Under the pieces are notes generated by a model that was given only the letters and a program-made list of their open reading frames with translations, ran no database searches and was not told the DNA's origin. From contig JAGCXX010000080.1 of the NCBI GenBank assembly GCA_017961115.1, positions 1,166-65,165 on the forward strand: DNA of 64,000 nucleotides, given 5' to 3'. The first letter of the stretch is position 1. Each line of letters starts with the position of its first letter. Shown here in pieces: positions 1 through 9,959 of this stretch. A program made the translations under genes and the position numbers. The stretch comes from Prevotella sp. (GTDB lineage: Bacteria; Bacteroidota; Bacteroidia; Bacteroidales; Bacteroidaceae).

Positions 1-253
1 CGAGTTGAACGTTGGCTGAGGTCACGCCGCTCACAGTCTCCACTTTCTGTCGTACATCCTCAAGGATGAAGTCTGCGGCAGGACAGGTGGGAGCGGTGAA
101 TGTCATGTCGATGTCGAGGGCGCCGTCATCGCTTACCTCGATGCGATAGATGAGTCCCAGGTCATAGATGTTGACGGGAATCTCCGGGTCGAAGACAGTG
201 CGCAGCACATCGACGATTCTTCCTTCTAATTCGAATTTCTCTTCTTGGGTCAT
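1..253 (-). CDS. Metal-sulfur cluster assembly factor (DUF59/SufT-like); 3' end runs off the window
   Basis: Manual translation: MTQEEKFELEGRIVDVLRTVFDPEIPVNIYDLGLIY...MTFTAPTCPAADFI, with the DPE, DLGL and TxPxCP motifs. Alternative ATG at 259. Confidence 0.88.
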   Translation of the reverse strand, partial: MTQEEKFELEGRIVDVLRTVFDPEIPVNIYDLGLIYRIEVSDDGALDIDMTFTAPTCPAADFILEDVRQKVETVSGVTSANVQL

Positions 254-271
254 GGGCATAGGGGAGGATGG

Positions 272-898
272 TTATTCTTGTTTGCGGGGCACAGCCTTAC
301 CCAGTACGACGGCGGCCACAATCTGTGCTCCTGTTTCTGCCATGCGGGTGGCAAACTGGGTCACGCTGCCTCCGGTTGCTATGATGTCGTCGAAGAGCAG
401 CACTGGTCGCTCATTGAAGAATGATGCGTCGATGTCGTATTGGGGTAGGTGTGAACCGCTCAGGTATTCCTGGTCGGCCACCACTTGGATGTGCTCGTAG
501 CCGTTGGCCATGCCAGTCGCCTCGCACACGAGTTTTGAAAACTCCTCGAAACGGGCGGCTGTCTTCTCCGCTGTCGATGCGGGGATGCACACCAAGGTGA
601 GTTGGGGCAACAGGTCGCCGAAACTGTCACGCAGCAGCGTGGTGAACAGTTCGATGGCTTTGTTCATGGCGTTGAGGTGCGAGATGGGGTCGGTGAGTTC
701 GGAGTTGTTTTTGAAGTTGTGAATCATCTCGCGGTTGTCCCACTCCTCGTTGGAAAGGCTGTAGGCGCCAAAGGCATTGTAGGAGTAGTAGTCTACAAGG
801 TGCTTGTAGCGGATGCCGCTGTTGAGTTGTGGCCAGGTGGCAGTGCATGCTGCCAGTGCAGTTTCCTGTGGCTGTTGGGAATGGGTCTCCTCGTTCAT
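272..898 (-). CDS. Phosphoribosyltransferase-domain protein (ComF-like)
   Basis: PRPP-binding motif VLLFDDIIATGGS and an LVCIPAS motif. Confidence 0.8.
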   Translation of the reverse strand: MNEETHSQQPQETALAACTATWPQLNSGIRYKHLVDYYSYNAFGAYSLSNEEWDNREMIHNFKNNSELTDPISHLNAMNKAIELFTTLLRDSFGDLLPQLTLVCIPASTAEKTAARFEEFSKLVCEATGMANGYEHIQVVADQEYLSGSHLPQYDIDASFFNERPVLLFDDIIATGGSVTQFATRMAETGAQIVAAVVLGKAVPRKQE

Positions 899-935
899 GA
901 TTGGTTGTTTTGGGGCTGGGTTGGTGATGATTTAA

Positions 936-974
936 ATCGGACACCTGCCTCATTCTATAAGCAAGGTGTCCGAT
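936..974. terminator. Stem-loop downstream of the lipoprotein gene
   Basis: Inverted repeat atcggacacct...aggtgtccgat. Confidence 0.55.
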
Positions 975-1009
975 AAAATATCTTTTAAATGAGATAGTTG
1001 AGGCAGATT

Positions 1010-1489
1010 TTAGATGTCAACATCGGGAATGCCGAGTTCTTCCATCATCTTCTTTCCCCACTCTTCGTCGTCAATGACGGCCTTGCCGTTCTCAGAACCT
1101 TCTGCAATTTTTGAGAATTCATCCATTTGCTTTTCTATGTCACTGTATTTAGCCTGGACATCTGCCACTTCTTTCATGATTTCAGCCATCTTTCCTGCAT
1201 CTTCTCCGGCGGCTTCCATCTTTCCGTTGATCTCGGACATAGCCACCATCATGGGCTTGATGGCAAGCATCACGCTCTTGAACTGCTCTTTCCACTGGTC
1301 AACAGTCCAGTTGGCGCCTTCTTCCTTAGCCTTGGCAACAATATCGGCCAGATTGGGAGCTGCGGCTGCGTCGTCAGCAGCTTTCACTTCAGCATTTGCG
1401 GGGTCATCGGTGGCAGCGGCTTCTTTCTTGCAGGAATTCAAGCCCAGGCACAATGCGAAAGCCACCATGGCAAACAATAATTTTTTCAT
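1010..1489 (-). CDS. Hypothetical lipoprotein
   Basis: Signal peptide with lipobox LNSC; acidic helical body. Confidence 0.8.
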   Translation of the reverse strand: MKKLLFAMVAFALCLGLNSCKKEAAATDDPANAEVKAADDAAAAPNLADIVAKAKEEGANWTVDQWKEQFKSVMLAIKPMMVAMSEINGKMEAAGEDAGKMAEIMKEVADVQAKYSDIEKQMDEFSKIAEGSENGKAVIDDEEWGKKMMEELGIPDVDI

Positions 1490-1667
1490 AACATCAAAAG
1501 TTTAGTTAATAATAAAGGTGATAAAATTAATCTGTCATCGTTGTATGACTCGACAAATATAGCATAAAATTTTGGATTTTGTGCGAATCTTTCATTTTTT
1601 GTTCATTTTTTATGTGATTTTCCAACATTTCTTAACCACCCAATGATGTTGGACGGATTTTTTTTGC

Positions 1668-2525
1668 TCATTTCACCACATGTGTGCCAAGAGCGAAACT
1701 GTTCTCCATGTTGCCGGTGTACTCGATGGTATCGAGTTTTGCCGATAAGTTGTCGAGTAAGTTTACGATGACGGCCTCCTGCGAACAGGGCTTTACAGGA
1801 GAGCCAAATTCCAACTCTCCGTGATGGGCAAGCACGATGTGGACGATAGACTTGATGGTCTCCTCTGCGACACCATGTTCTTTAAGTTGGCCATAAAGTC
1901 TGTTGGCAGAGATAAAGATGTGTCCGAGCAAGTATTTGTCGGCTTTTGTCTCGCCATCTTTTTCATATTCATACACTTTGCCATAGTCGTGGAAGAGAAT
2001 GGCGATGATGCAATGTTCGAGCTTGATGGAATCTTTGTAGGGCAGGCAGGGGTAGAGTCCCTCCAACATATGTAGCATCTGGTAGGTATGGTTGAGCAAT
2101 CCGCCCGGGAATGCATGGTGGATGTTGGTGGCGGCAGGATATTGAGAATAGGGCTTGAAAAGTATCCCTCCGTTTTTCTCAATGAAGTTCTTCAATTGCT
2201 CATCTTTGCAGAATCCCAGCAGGTGGCTGAGGCATAGGTCCCATGCCTCTCTTTTGATGGGGTGGGGCAGCAGTCGGTATAGTGGGTGCTGCTCATCGGG
2301 TATAATCCCTGGCACCATCTCGTTTCTGCGTGCTGACTTCTTGCCGTCGTTGTCTTGAATGTTGGTAAAGGAAACCAACTGTCCCACCTTGGGTTCGTCT
2401 TCTGGCTTGACATCCCATACGGAGATGGTGGCTTCTTCCTTTTGGTTTTTCACTTTCAGTGTGCAGTAGGGGTCGCCTTTGCGGGTCGTCCCGTTGCTCC
2501 GGCTGATAACTATATATTCTTCCAT
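1668..2525 (-). CDS. HD-domain 3'-5' exoribonuclease, YhaM/Cbf-like (N-terminal OB fold)
   Basis: PAATNIHHAFPGGLLNHT, LFHDYGK, LLGHI, LAHHG and DNLSAK motifs. Start placed at MEEYIVI; the ORF-track extension upstream reads through a tandem repeat. Confidence 0.85.
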   Translation of the reverse strand: MEEYIVISRSNGTTRKGDPYCTLKVKNQKEEATISVWDVKPEDEPKVGQLVSFTNIQDNDGKKSARRNEMVPGIIPDEQHPLYRLLPHPIKREAWDLCLSHLLGFCKDEQLKNFIEKNGGILFKPYSQYPAATNIHHAFPGGLLNHTYQMLHMLEGLYPCLPYKDSIKLEHCIIAILFHDYGKVYEYEKDGETKADKYLLGHIFISANRLYGQLKEHGVAEETIKSIVHIVLAHHGELEFGSPVKPCSQEAVIVNLLDNLSAKLDTIEYTGNMENSFALGTHVVK

Positions 2526-2553
2526 ATTTTTAGTTTTTAGATTTAAGCTTCGC

Positions 2554-2589
2554 TTCTCCGGATTTTCCGGGTTTTCCGGATTTTCCGGG
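2554..2589. repeat. 9-bp tandem repeat (TTTTCCGGR, about 4 copies)
   Basis: ttctccgga ttttccggg ttttccgga ttttccggg. Confidence 0.85.
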
Positions 2590-2610
2590 CTGCATCCTAA
2601 ACTCCTATCC

Positions 2611-3294
2611 TCACAACCTCCCTTTTTCCTGATACGAGTAGTATTTTCCATCAGTGACGATGACATGGTCGAGGAAATGGATACGCATGATTTCGCATGC
2701 CTTTTTTATGCGTTGTGTGATGCGGTCGTCGTCGGCGCTGGGCGATGCATTGTTGCTCGGGTGGTTGTGGGCGAGGGCGAGCACGGTGGCGTTGTTGAGC
2801 ACGGCATGACGGATGATTTGGCGCACGTCGACGGCTGTCTCGCTGATGCCTCCGCTCGAGATGCACACGGTGTTGATGAGTTTGTAGTTTTGGTTGAGCA
2901 GCATAATCCATGCCTGCTCGATGCTGAGGTCCTGCATCTTGGTGTGCAAGACAGAGTAGATGTCGTTGGCGCAGGTGATGGACTCCCTTTTCACTTCCTC
3001 TTCCTGGCGCCGCTTGCCCAGTTCGCAGGCAGCGAGGATGGTGACGGCCTTAGCCTCACCTATGCCGTTGTATTCCATCAGTTCCTGCAGACTTCTCTGT
3101 CCGAGTGCTTTCAGGCTGTTGCCGTTGTCGTTGAGGATGCGCTGCATCAGTTCCACGGCGGTCTCTTTCGTCGTACCCGACCCGATGAGGATGGCAAGCA
3201 GTTCGGCTGTCCTCAGTGCCTGTGCTCCCTTGGTCATGAACCGCTCTCGGGGGCGGTCTTCCTCAGCCCATTGGTTGATATTGAGTTTGTCCAT
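2611..3294 (-). CDS. radC: RadC/JAB-domain protein (UPF0758)
   Basis: DRPRER...ELLAILIGSG, HhH GIGEAKA, AHNHPS...SADD, LDHVIV. Confidence 0.95.
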   Translation of the reverse strand: MDKLNINQWAEEDRPRERFMTKGAQALRTAELLAILIGSGTTKETAVELMQRILNDNGNSLKALGQRSLQELMEYNGIGEAKAVTILAACELGKRRQEEEVKRESITCANDIYSVLHTKMQDLSIEQAWIMLLNQNYKLINTVCISSGGISETAVDVRQIIRHAVLNNATVLALAHNHPSNNASPSADDDRITQRIKKACEIMRIHFLDHVIVTDGKYYSYQEKGRL

Positions 3295-3334
3295 CTGTTA
3301 TGGTTATAAGGTAAAGGATGATAATTCCTAATCC

Positions 3335-4378
3335 CTATTTATAAAAGTTTTTTTCAAATGCGGTGAACTCGTCCTGTTTTCTCACGCACCGTTTCCACCA
3401 AGACTCGATGAAGCCGAATCCGTAGCCCATCAGTTGCACGAATGCGGCGGGCACGGAGAGCAGTCCTACTTTCAGACTCTTGTTCCTGATGGTAGAATCA
3501 ATGAAAATAATGAGGCTGTAGAGCAGGATGGGCAGCCAGGGAATGGCACACACCCAATACCAGGAGCGCCAGTTGGCGGCATCGTAGTGCATCATCGCGC
3601 GCCCCACTGCCGACACCAGCACGAGGGCGATGACGCCAATGGTAAATACGGTGGGAAGCAGATGCACCAGTTTCAACGTGCCGGGATGCCTTTTCTCCAA
3701 GTTGATGCGGGCGATGCCGCTGTTGTACACTTGGCGGAAGAACTTACGGAAGTCGGTGCGCCGTTTGTGCCACACCCACGCCTTGTCGAACAGGCATGTC
3801 TTGTATCCTGCCTCCACGATGCGGTAGGAGAAGTCGATGTCCTCGCCGAAGCGCATCTTGGAGAAGCCGCCCAATTTCAGATAGACGTCGCGACGGATGC
3901 CCATATTGAAGGAGCGGGGATAGAACTTATCGAGTTTCTTTTTGCCGCCGCGGATGCCTCCAGTGGTGAAGAAGGAGGTCATCGAGTAGCTGATGGCCTT
4001 CTGCACGTCGGTGAAGGAGTCGTGGGCGCTGTCGGGTCCCCCGAAGGCATCGGCAGCCGTCTCTGCCAGCGCTTCGCTCACCGCCTTCATGTAATTCTCG
4101 GGCAGCACTACGTCGGAGTCGAGGATGATGAGGTATTCGCCCTGTGCCCGCTCGGCACCAAAGTTGCGGCTCGGACCAGGACCGGAGTTGGGCTTGCTGA
4201 AATATCGGATGTTGAGTGCCCCAGCATATCCGTCGCACACCTTCTTGCAGGGAATGGTGGAACCGTCCTCCACTACCACCACTTCGAAATCACGCTCTGT
4301 TTGCGTGGTCAGGCTCTGGAGCAGTTCGTCCACCTCATCGGGACGGTTGTATACGGGAATGATGACGGAGTATTTCAT
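3335..4378 (-). CDS. Glycosyltransferase family 2
   Basis: SVIIPVYNR, VEDGS, LDSD, GEDIDFS; C-terminal TM helices. Confidence 0.92.
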   Translation of the reverse strand: MKYSVIIPVYNRPDEVDELLQSLTTQTERDFEVVVVEDGSTIPCKKVCDGYAGALNIRYFSKPNSGPGPSRNFGAERAQGEYLIILDSDVVLPENYMKAVSEALAETAADAFGGPDSAHDSFTDVQKAISYSMTSFFTTGGIRGGKKKLDKFYPRSFNMGIRRDVYLKLGGFSKMRFGEDIDFSYRIVEAGYKTCLFDKAWVWHKRRTDFRKFFRQVYNSGIARINLEKRHPGTLKLVHLLPTVFTIGVIALVLVSAVGRAMMHYDAANWRSWYWVCAIPWLPILLYSLIIFIDSTIRNKSLKVGLLSVPAAFVQLMGYGFGFIESWWKRCVRKQDEFTAFEKNFYK

Positions 4379-4404
4379 AGTGTGGCCAAAGGATTGGAAA
4401 AGCA

Positions 4405-4455
4405 GAAGCCACGTCGGCCTTGCCCCTAAGGTGAGGTCATGGCAGGCGTGGCTTC
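4405..4455 (-). terminator. Stem-loop downstream of efp
   Basis: gaagccacgtc...ggcgtggcttc inverted repeat. Confidence 0.55.
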
Positions 4456-4473
4456 AGTGATATGTGTTGAATG

Positions 4474-5040
4474 TTATTCTTTTATGCGCTGCAGGTAACT
4501 GCCGTCGCGGGTGTCCACCTGGATGAGGTCGCCTTCGTTGACGAAGAGGGGCACGCGCACCTCGACACCAGTCTCGAGTGTGGCGGGCTTGGTGGCGTTG
4601 GTAGCGGTGTCGCCCTTGATGCCGGGCTCAGAGTGGGTGATGCGCAGCACGGTCTTCACGGGCATTTCAGCGTAAAGAATTGTATTGGTGTCGGCGTCGC
4701 TCACGACGTCCACGATGTCGCTCTCCTTCATGAAGTCCACGCCTGTGATGAGGTCGCGGGCGATGGGAATCTGGTCGTAGGTCTCTTGGTTCATGAAGAT
4801 ATAGTCCTCTCCCTCCAGATACAGATACTGGTAGGGGCGGCGCTCCACGCGCACGTCCTCGAGTGCTTCACCGATGTTGAAGCGCTTCTCCAGCACACGT
4901 CCGCTCACCACGTCCTTCAATGTGGTGCGCATGATGGTGTTGCCTTTGCCGGGCTTGACGTGCAGGAAGTCGATGCAGAAATAAAGCTTGCCGTCCATGC
5001 GGATGCAAGTGCCTTTCTTGATGTCTTGTGATTTAATCAT
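4474..5040 (-). CDS. efp: Translation elongation factor P
   Basis: HVKPGKG, KGDTA...KPATLETG, VPLFVNEGD...DTRDGSY; start MIKSQD. Confidence 0.97.
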   Translation of the reverse strand: MIKSQDIKKGTCIRMDGKLYFCIDFLHVKPGKGNTIMRTTLKDVVSGRVLEKRFNIGEALEDVRVERRPYQYLYLEGEDYIFMNQETYDQIPIARDLITGVDFMKESDIVDVVSDADTNTILYAEMPVKTVLRITHSEPGIKGDTATNATKPATLETGVEVRVPLFVNEGDLIQVDTRDGSYLQRIKE

Positions 5041-5076
5041 TGTTGATAAAATATTATTGTAATGTAATTTGTGGTG

Positions 5077-5084
5077 CAAAGGTA
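5077..5084 (-). promoter_or_regulatory. Bacteroidetes -7 promoter box (TACCTTTG) for efp
   Basis: caaaggta on + strand matches TAnnTTTG on the minus strand. Confidence 0.6.
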
Positions 5085-5378
5085 ACTTAATCTGAGCACA
5101 ATGCAAAGCAAATAACATTTTTTTTGCTTTCTTGCCCGAATAGATTTTTATTCTAAAAAAATAATTCTATTAAAATAATTCAATTTGAATAATAATTTGT
5201 ATTTTTGCCATCGTAACTAGACAAATAAGACCATAGAGCCAGAAGCAGTGCGATGGGTTTATGATGTTTTTTCGGGAGTGACAATGTATCTTCAGCGTAT
5301 CATGAAAGATGAATCCACGATAGAACGATTTCTCGTTTTTGTTAATGATGATTCTTTAATCTCTATACTTCAATACCA

Positions 5379-8300
5379 ATGATAATAAATATCAACAACA
5401 ATAAACGCAAGTATTATTTGAGATTTGTTTATTTTCTGATGCTGATGGCAGTCTCTCCCTTAGGTGTCACGACTGCTGTTGCACAGACTGATATGACATC
5501 GTATATCGTCAATCCCAACTTTGACGGCCGTAGTTTCTCCGGGTGGCAGCAGATGGGGATGTGGGTCCAGACCAACTCAGAATTCGCGCCGAAAAGCAAT
5601 TACGCATATGCGGAGCGGTGGGTAGACCAAGCATTCAACTTGCCCGACACCTACATTCAGCAGACCATATCGTCGTTGCCCAACGGGCACTATCAGCTCA
5701 CGGTAGGGGCACAGCACGTGAAGCAGGGCAGCACCGCAGCGGCGGCAGGGGCATGCCTTTTTGCTGATTGGCAAGAGACGGCAGTGACAGAGGCTAAAGA
5801 CTACACCCTCACCTTCGACGTGCTGACGGGAGATGTCACCATAGGATTCAAATGCGAGAACTCTGCCGCCAACTGGATGGCGTGCGACAATTTCAGGCTC
5901 ACACGGGTAAGCAGTGATGTGTCTTACATGCGCACAGGACTCGCCTATTTGGTGGCTCAGGCAAAGTCTGTCAGTGCGCAACAGATGGCCTCTGACGTGA
6001 AAAGCACGTTGGACAACGCCATCTCTGCCGCCGAGGCACTCACCACCAATGGGTCGGCTACAACCATCTCCACGGCAGCCACGGCGCTCAAGACCGCCAT
6101 GCGAACCGCCGAGAGGAGCATCTTTGCCACCAAGACCACGACGGCAGGCAATGTGCCAAGAGTGGTGACCGACACCCGGTATGCCCGAGGGGCGACAATG
6201 ATTTTCGGACGGTCGACGGTGACCTCGTCATCTCCCATTCTCGAACAGGGTTTCTGCTACAGCGCCACCAATGAGTTGCCGACCGTCGCCGACGAGCGCA
6301 CCACTCGGTTTGTCTCCAATGGTGGTGATATCTACTGCATCGACAATGTCAAACCCGCCACCCTTAATTATATACGCGCGTATGCCGTGACCACCGACTA
6401 TCGTGTCGGTTATGGCGATGCCATCAAAGTGTATACCCTGCCGATGGGCAGCATCACCTACGGCTATGGCAACGAGGGCAGCAATGATGTCAACATCAGG
6501 ATAGGACAAGCGGTGGCTGACGGCATGAATTACTGGAACAACCTGACCAGCATCAGCGGGTTCTACCTCTCTGCCCATTATAAAGAGGGTGCAGGGGCTG
6601 GTGGCGGCACGGCGGAATGCTCCTATGGCGGATGGATGAGCGTCAGCCAAAACGAGGCATACCAGTCAGTTGGCACGATTCTGCACGAGGCTGGGCATGG
6701 TATAGGCGTGGGTACGACCGGCACCTATTACGGTGATATACGGGCTTCTTCCAACACGGGTATCTGGTTGGGCAAGCGGGCAACAAGATTTCTCCAGTTC
6801 TGGGACAACAGCGATGGGGTGAGGCTCACTGGCGATGGTACCCATCTGTGGGCAACCAACGCGGCGCAAAGTCTTTCTTATACCATCAATGGCGCCCATG
6901 AGGATGACCACTCCGAGGCGCAGTATTATGCCAACTCGCTGCTTATGCAGGCGGTGGTGGAGGACGGATTGTATCCATTGAACAACCAGTTGCAAGGACT
7001 CGCCTATACGTTGGAGACCAATGACGACGAAGTGATGTATATCCGCAACTCGGACGAGGATTACGGACTCAGGTCCTCCTTCCTTGTTGACAACGGCGGA
7101 ACACTACAGATGAAAAACCTCTCTGCCACAGAGGCAAGGGATGTTGCCAATGGCGCCCAGTGGCTGTTCACTTTCGACCCTGCAAAACAGCTCTACAGAA
7201 TCAAGAACAAAAAGACAGGGCGCTATATTTATTATTCTTCGGAGAATGCCTCCAACGGATTCCGTACCACAACGAGCACTGCTGAAGAGGTGGACCTGCG
7301 CCTGCAACTTTCTTTTGTCGATGTGGTGCTCAGCGACGGCGATGGTCAGGTGACCCTGGATGCCTACCACATCATGCGGAAAGATGCTGCTCCTTCACCA
7401 CAGGCACTGTGTGCAAAGTCTGCCACCATCACCGGCTCGACATCTTTCAGCAACACGCGAGCCGCAACCTCGCAGAGATGGGTCATCCTGACCGAGGATA
7501 ATCTCGACAGGATGGAGTCCTTCACCAGTGGCGACACCGACGGATACAACATCACCACGGCGATGGCGCCATACCTGTGTACCGGCAGTTTGAGTGACTG
7601 GAAGAACGACGGTATGGTGGTCAATTATAATGCCGGAGCGGCTCCTTACTATAATGCGGCAGACGGAGCGCGTATCGACTTCCCATTCATCGAGCAGTGG
7701 ATAAGCAGTGCCAGCGGCGGTACGCTTGGGGATTTGGGCGTGACGCAGACCATTACCGAACTGCCCAATGGCAGATACCGCATCAGGGCTTCTGTCATTG
7801 CCGTCAACCAGTCGGCGCCTTCGGCGGATGTCACAGGTGTCACGTTTTGGGCGGCCGACCAAGAGGTGCCTGTGGCGACAGGCGATGGGGTGCCGGAAAG
7901 ATACACCCTAGAGGTGGAGGTGAAAGACGGCACGTTGACGTATGGCCTTAAGGCAGTCGGCACCAACGCCAACTGGATTGCCATCGACAATATCTCGCTC
8001 ATCTACTGCGGCACCGAGGAGGAATATCTCAGCCAAGCCACACCATGCAGTCCGGTGAGGATGCCCATCACCAACTCCACATTCGACCAGTGGAACTGCG
8101 ACGGATGGACCCTCAATGGCGGATGGGCGACGATGAACACGACTTACGACCATTTCAACCCGCCCTTCGCAGAACAATGGGTGGGTGGCGCGGCACTCTC
8201 CGACGGGTCGCTCACGCAGACTGTGATGCTTCCCGATGGCTACTACTCACTCCAGGCTGCCGTCGAGGCAGTGAGGCAGGACCAACCCTCGTTGTCTGTC

Positions 8301-8672
8301 AGTGGCGTGTCGCTGCGGATGGACAATCAGAGGGTGGCATGCCACACCGAAGATGGGAAACCGGAAATATACAGTTTGGAGGGCCAGCTGGAGGCAGGTG
8401 AGCACACCATCGGACTCTATCTTGAGTCGGCAGATGCCAATTGGGTGGCCGTTGACAATTTCGTGCTGCGATACCATGGAGCGTACAAGTCTATGCTGGG
8501 TGATGTGAATGTTGACGGAAAGGTGAATATTGCTGATGTGATGATAATCGTCGGTCATGTGGTCAACGGCACGACCGACCAGCTGCTACCATGTGTTGCT
8601 GATATCAATGACGATGGCAACATCAATGTGGCTGATATCATGGCTGCTGTCACCATCATTATGTCAAATTGA
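5379..8672 (+). CDS. Large secreted modular protein: zincin-like metallopeptidase, repeated beta-sandwich modules and C-terminal dockerin-like domain
   Basis: Signal peptide; HEAGHGIG (HExxH); three modules ending W(M/I/V)AxDN(F/I); paired EF-hand repeats GDVNVDGKVNIAD / ADINDDGNINVAD. Confidence 0.8.
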   Translation: MIININNNKRKYYLRFVYFLMLMAVSPLGVTTAVAQTDMTSYIVNPNFDGRSFSGWQQMGMWVQTNSEFAPKSNYAYAERWVDQAFNLPDTYIQQTISSLPNGHYQLTVGAQHVKQGSTAAAAGACLFADWQETAVTEAKDYTLTFDVLTGDVTIGFKCENSAANWMACDNFRLTRVSSDVSYMRTGLAYLVAQAKSVSAQQMASDVKSTLDNAISAAEALTTNGSATTISTAATALKTAMRTAERSIFATKTTTAGNVPRVVTDTRYARGATMIFGRSTVTSSSPILEQGFCYSATNELPTVADERTTRFVSNGGDIYCIDNVKPATLNYIRAYAVTTDYRVGYGDAIKVYTLPMGSITYGYGNEGSNDVNIRIGQAVADGMNYWNNLTSISGFYLSAHYKEGAGAGGGTAECSYGGWMSVSQNEAYQSVGTILHEAGHGIGVGTTGTYYGDIRASSNTGIWLGKRATRFLQFWDNSDGVRLTGDGTHLWATNAAQSLSYTINGAHEDDHSEAQYYANSLLMQAVVEDGLYPLNNQLQGLAYTLETNDDEVMYIRNSDEDYGLRSSFLVDNGGTLQMKNLSATEARDVANGAQWLFTFDPAKQLYRIKNKKTGRYIYYSSENASNGFRTTTSTAEEVDLRLQLSFVDVVLSDGDGQVTLDAYHIMRKDAAPSPQALCAKSATITGSTSFSNTRAATSQRWVILTEDNLDRMESFTSGDTDGYNITTAMAPYLCTGSLSDWKNDGMVVNYNAGAAPYYNAADGARIDFPFIEQWISSASGGTLGDLGVTQTITELPNGRYRIRASVIAVNQSAPSADVTGVTFWAADQEVPVATGDGVPERYTLEVEVKDGTLTYGLKAVGTNANWIAIDNISLIYCGTEEEYLSQATPCSPVRMPITNSTFDQWNCDGWTLNGGWATMNTTYDHFNPPFAEQWVGGAALSDGSLTQTVMLPDGYYSLQAAVEAVRQDQPSLSVSGVSLRMDNQRVACHTEDGKPEIYSLEGQLEAGEHTIGLYLESADANWVAVDNFVLRYHGAYKSMLGDVNVDGKVNIADVMIIVGHVVNGTTDQLLPCVADINDDGNINVADIMAAVTIIMSN

Positions 8673-8724
8673 GGTGGAAGACAAGAATTTTTAGCTTTTT
8701 CTTGGTGGATTCAAAAGAAATGAG

Positions 8725-8732
8725 TACCTTTG
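8725..8732 (+). promoter_or_regulatory. -7 promoter box (TACCTTTG) for rpmH
   Basis: TAnnTTTG about 55 nt upstream of the ATG. Confidence 0.6.
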
Positions 8733-8786
8733 CAGCCCAAAGTGGAAATCAACAAGAAATAACAACAAGATAAGAGCAATAAGAAA

Positions 8787-8942
8787 ATGAAAAGAACATT
8801 CCAGCCCCACAACCGAAGGAGAGTGAACAAGCACGGCTTCCGTGAGAGAATGGCCAGCAAGAATGGCCGCCGCGTGCTGGCTTCACGTCGTGCCAAAGGC
8901 CGCAAGAAGTTGACAGTGTCGGATGAGCATCACGGCAAGTAA
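8787..8942 (+). CDS. rpmH: 50S ribosomal protein L34
   Basis: Manual translation [51 protein letters not shown]; absent from the ORF track because of its size. Confidence 0.98.
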   Translation: MKRTFQPHNRRRVNKHGFRERMASKNGRRVLASRRAKGRKKLTVSDEHHGK

Positions 8943-8962
8943 TCGCTGATCCTAAGAGAGAA

Positions 8963-8997
8963 GAGCAGGAAGGGCTAAGCTTTTTCCTGTTTTTTTT
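8963..8997 (+). terminator. Intrinsic terminator after rpmH
   Basis: gcaggaagggc...gctttttcctgt followed by a T run. Confidence 0.65.
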
Positions 8998-9072
8998 GTG
9001 CTTTTTTTTGCATTCTGATTGATTCTCGTTATCTTTGCGAATAGAATGAATCCACCTTCAACCATAATTGAT

Positions 9073-9888
9073 ATGAGACATATTTTTATGACACTGTTGT
9101 TGATTTTTGCTGCCATCAATGCTATGGCAGACAACACTGTTCCCGTCAGCAGCGTCGATTACGAGAAAGAGCAGCAGTATGGTTCTTCCAGGGTGTCTGT
9201 AGAGTTTCCGCTGGGAGAGAACAGTCCGCTTCGCAGAGCCATCATCGACTATATCTTGGAGACGTGCAAGACCATCAATTCTGGTGTGAAGGTGAAACAG
9301 CCCTCCAACATTTGTGATAAGGTGGCTTTTGAGAAATACCTCGAGAAATACACCACGGTCGTGTGCAAGTTTTGTGCGGAAGACCAGCATGATTATGCCC
9401 TTTCATTTGAGGATGACGTTGAGTCATACAAAGTGGTATGGTTTTCCAACCTGTTTATTAGTAAGGTGGCAGACACTGATAAGTATGTCAGTTATGCCGC
9501 CTATCACGGTGAGTTCATCGGGGGAGCGCACGACCAGCGCGGTTCTGGAGCCATCACCTTGTGCAAGGCTGATGGGAAGAGAATAGACAGCATCTTTAAA
9601 GAGGATGTTGAGGAGAAGATGCAACCATTGCTGTGGAAATATCTCATCGCATCGGAGGAACCCGACAATCCCGACGAGTTTCGCTCAGAAATCAACCAAT
9701 TCCTTGAAGCCAACTACGGCATCCGCGACTTCCTTCACCTTGGCATCCCTTTCTTGGCTCCCGACGGCGTTCACATCCTGTATCAGCCATTGGAAATCTG
9801 CTTTTGGCCAGGGGAACCGGAGATTGTCATTCCATTTGGCGATGCCAAACCATTCCTCACGGAAGAAGTTTTGAAGCTTGTGTTTTGA
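9073..9888 (+). CDS. Secreted DUF3298/RsiV-like protein
   Basis: Signal peptide; GGAH motif; C-terminal GVHILYQPLEI...GEPEIVIPF. Confidence 0.7.
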   Translation: MRHIFMTLLLIFAAINAMADNTVPVSSVDYEKEQQYGSSRVSVEFPLGENSPLRRAIIDYILETCKTINSGVKVKQPSNICDKVAFEKYLEKYTTVVCKFCAEDQHDYALSFEDDVESYKVVWFSNLFISKVADTDKYVSYAAYHGEFIGGAHDQRGSGAITLCKADGKRIDSIFKEDVEEKMQPLLWKYLIASEEPDNPDEFRSEINQFLEANYGIRDFLHLGIPFLAPDGVHILYQPLEICFWPGEPEIVIPFGDAKPFLTEEVLKLVF

Positions 9889-9959
9889 ACTTCGCTTGAT
9901 TGTCGGCTAAAAATGTGTTCCTCTGGTCGTGATGTAGAATAGAAGATGCGTCTGTAAAC

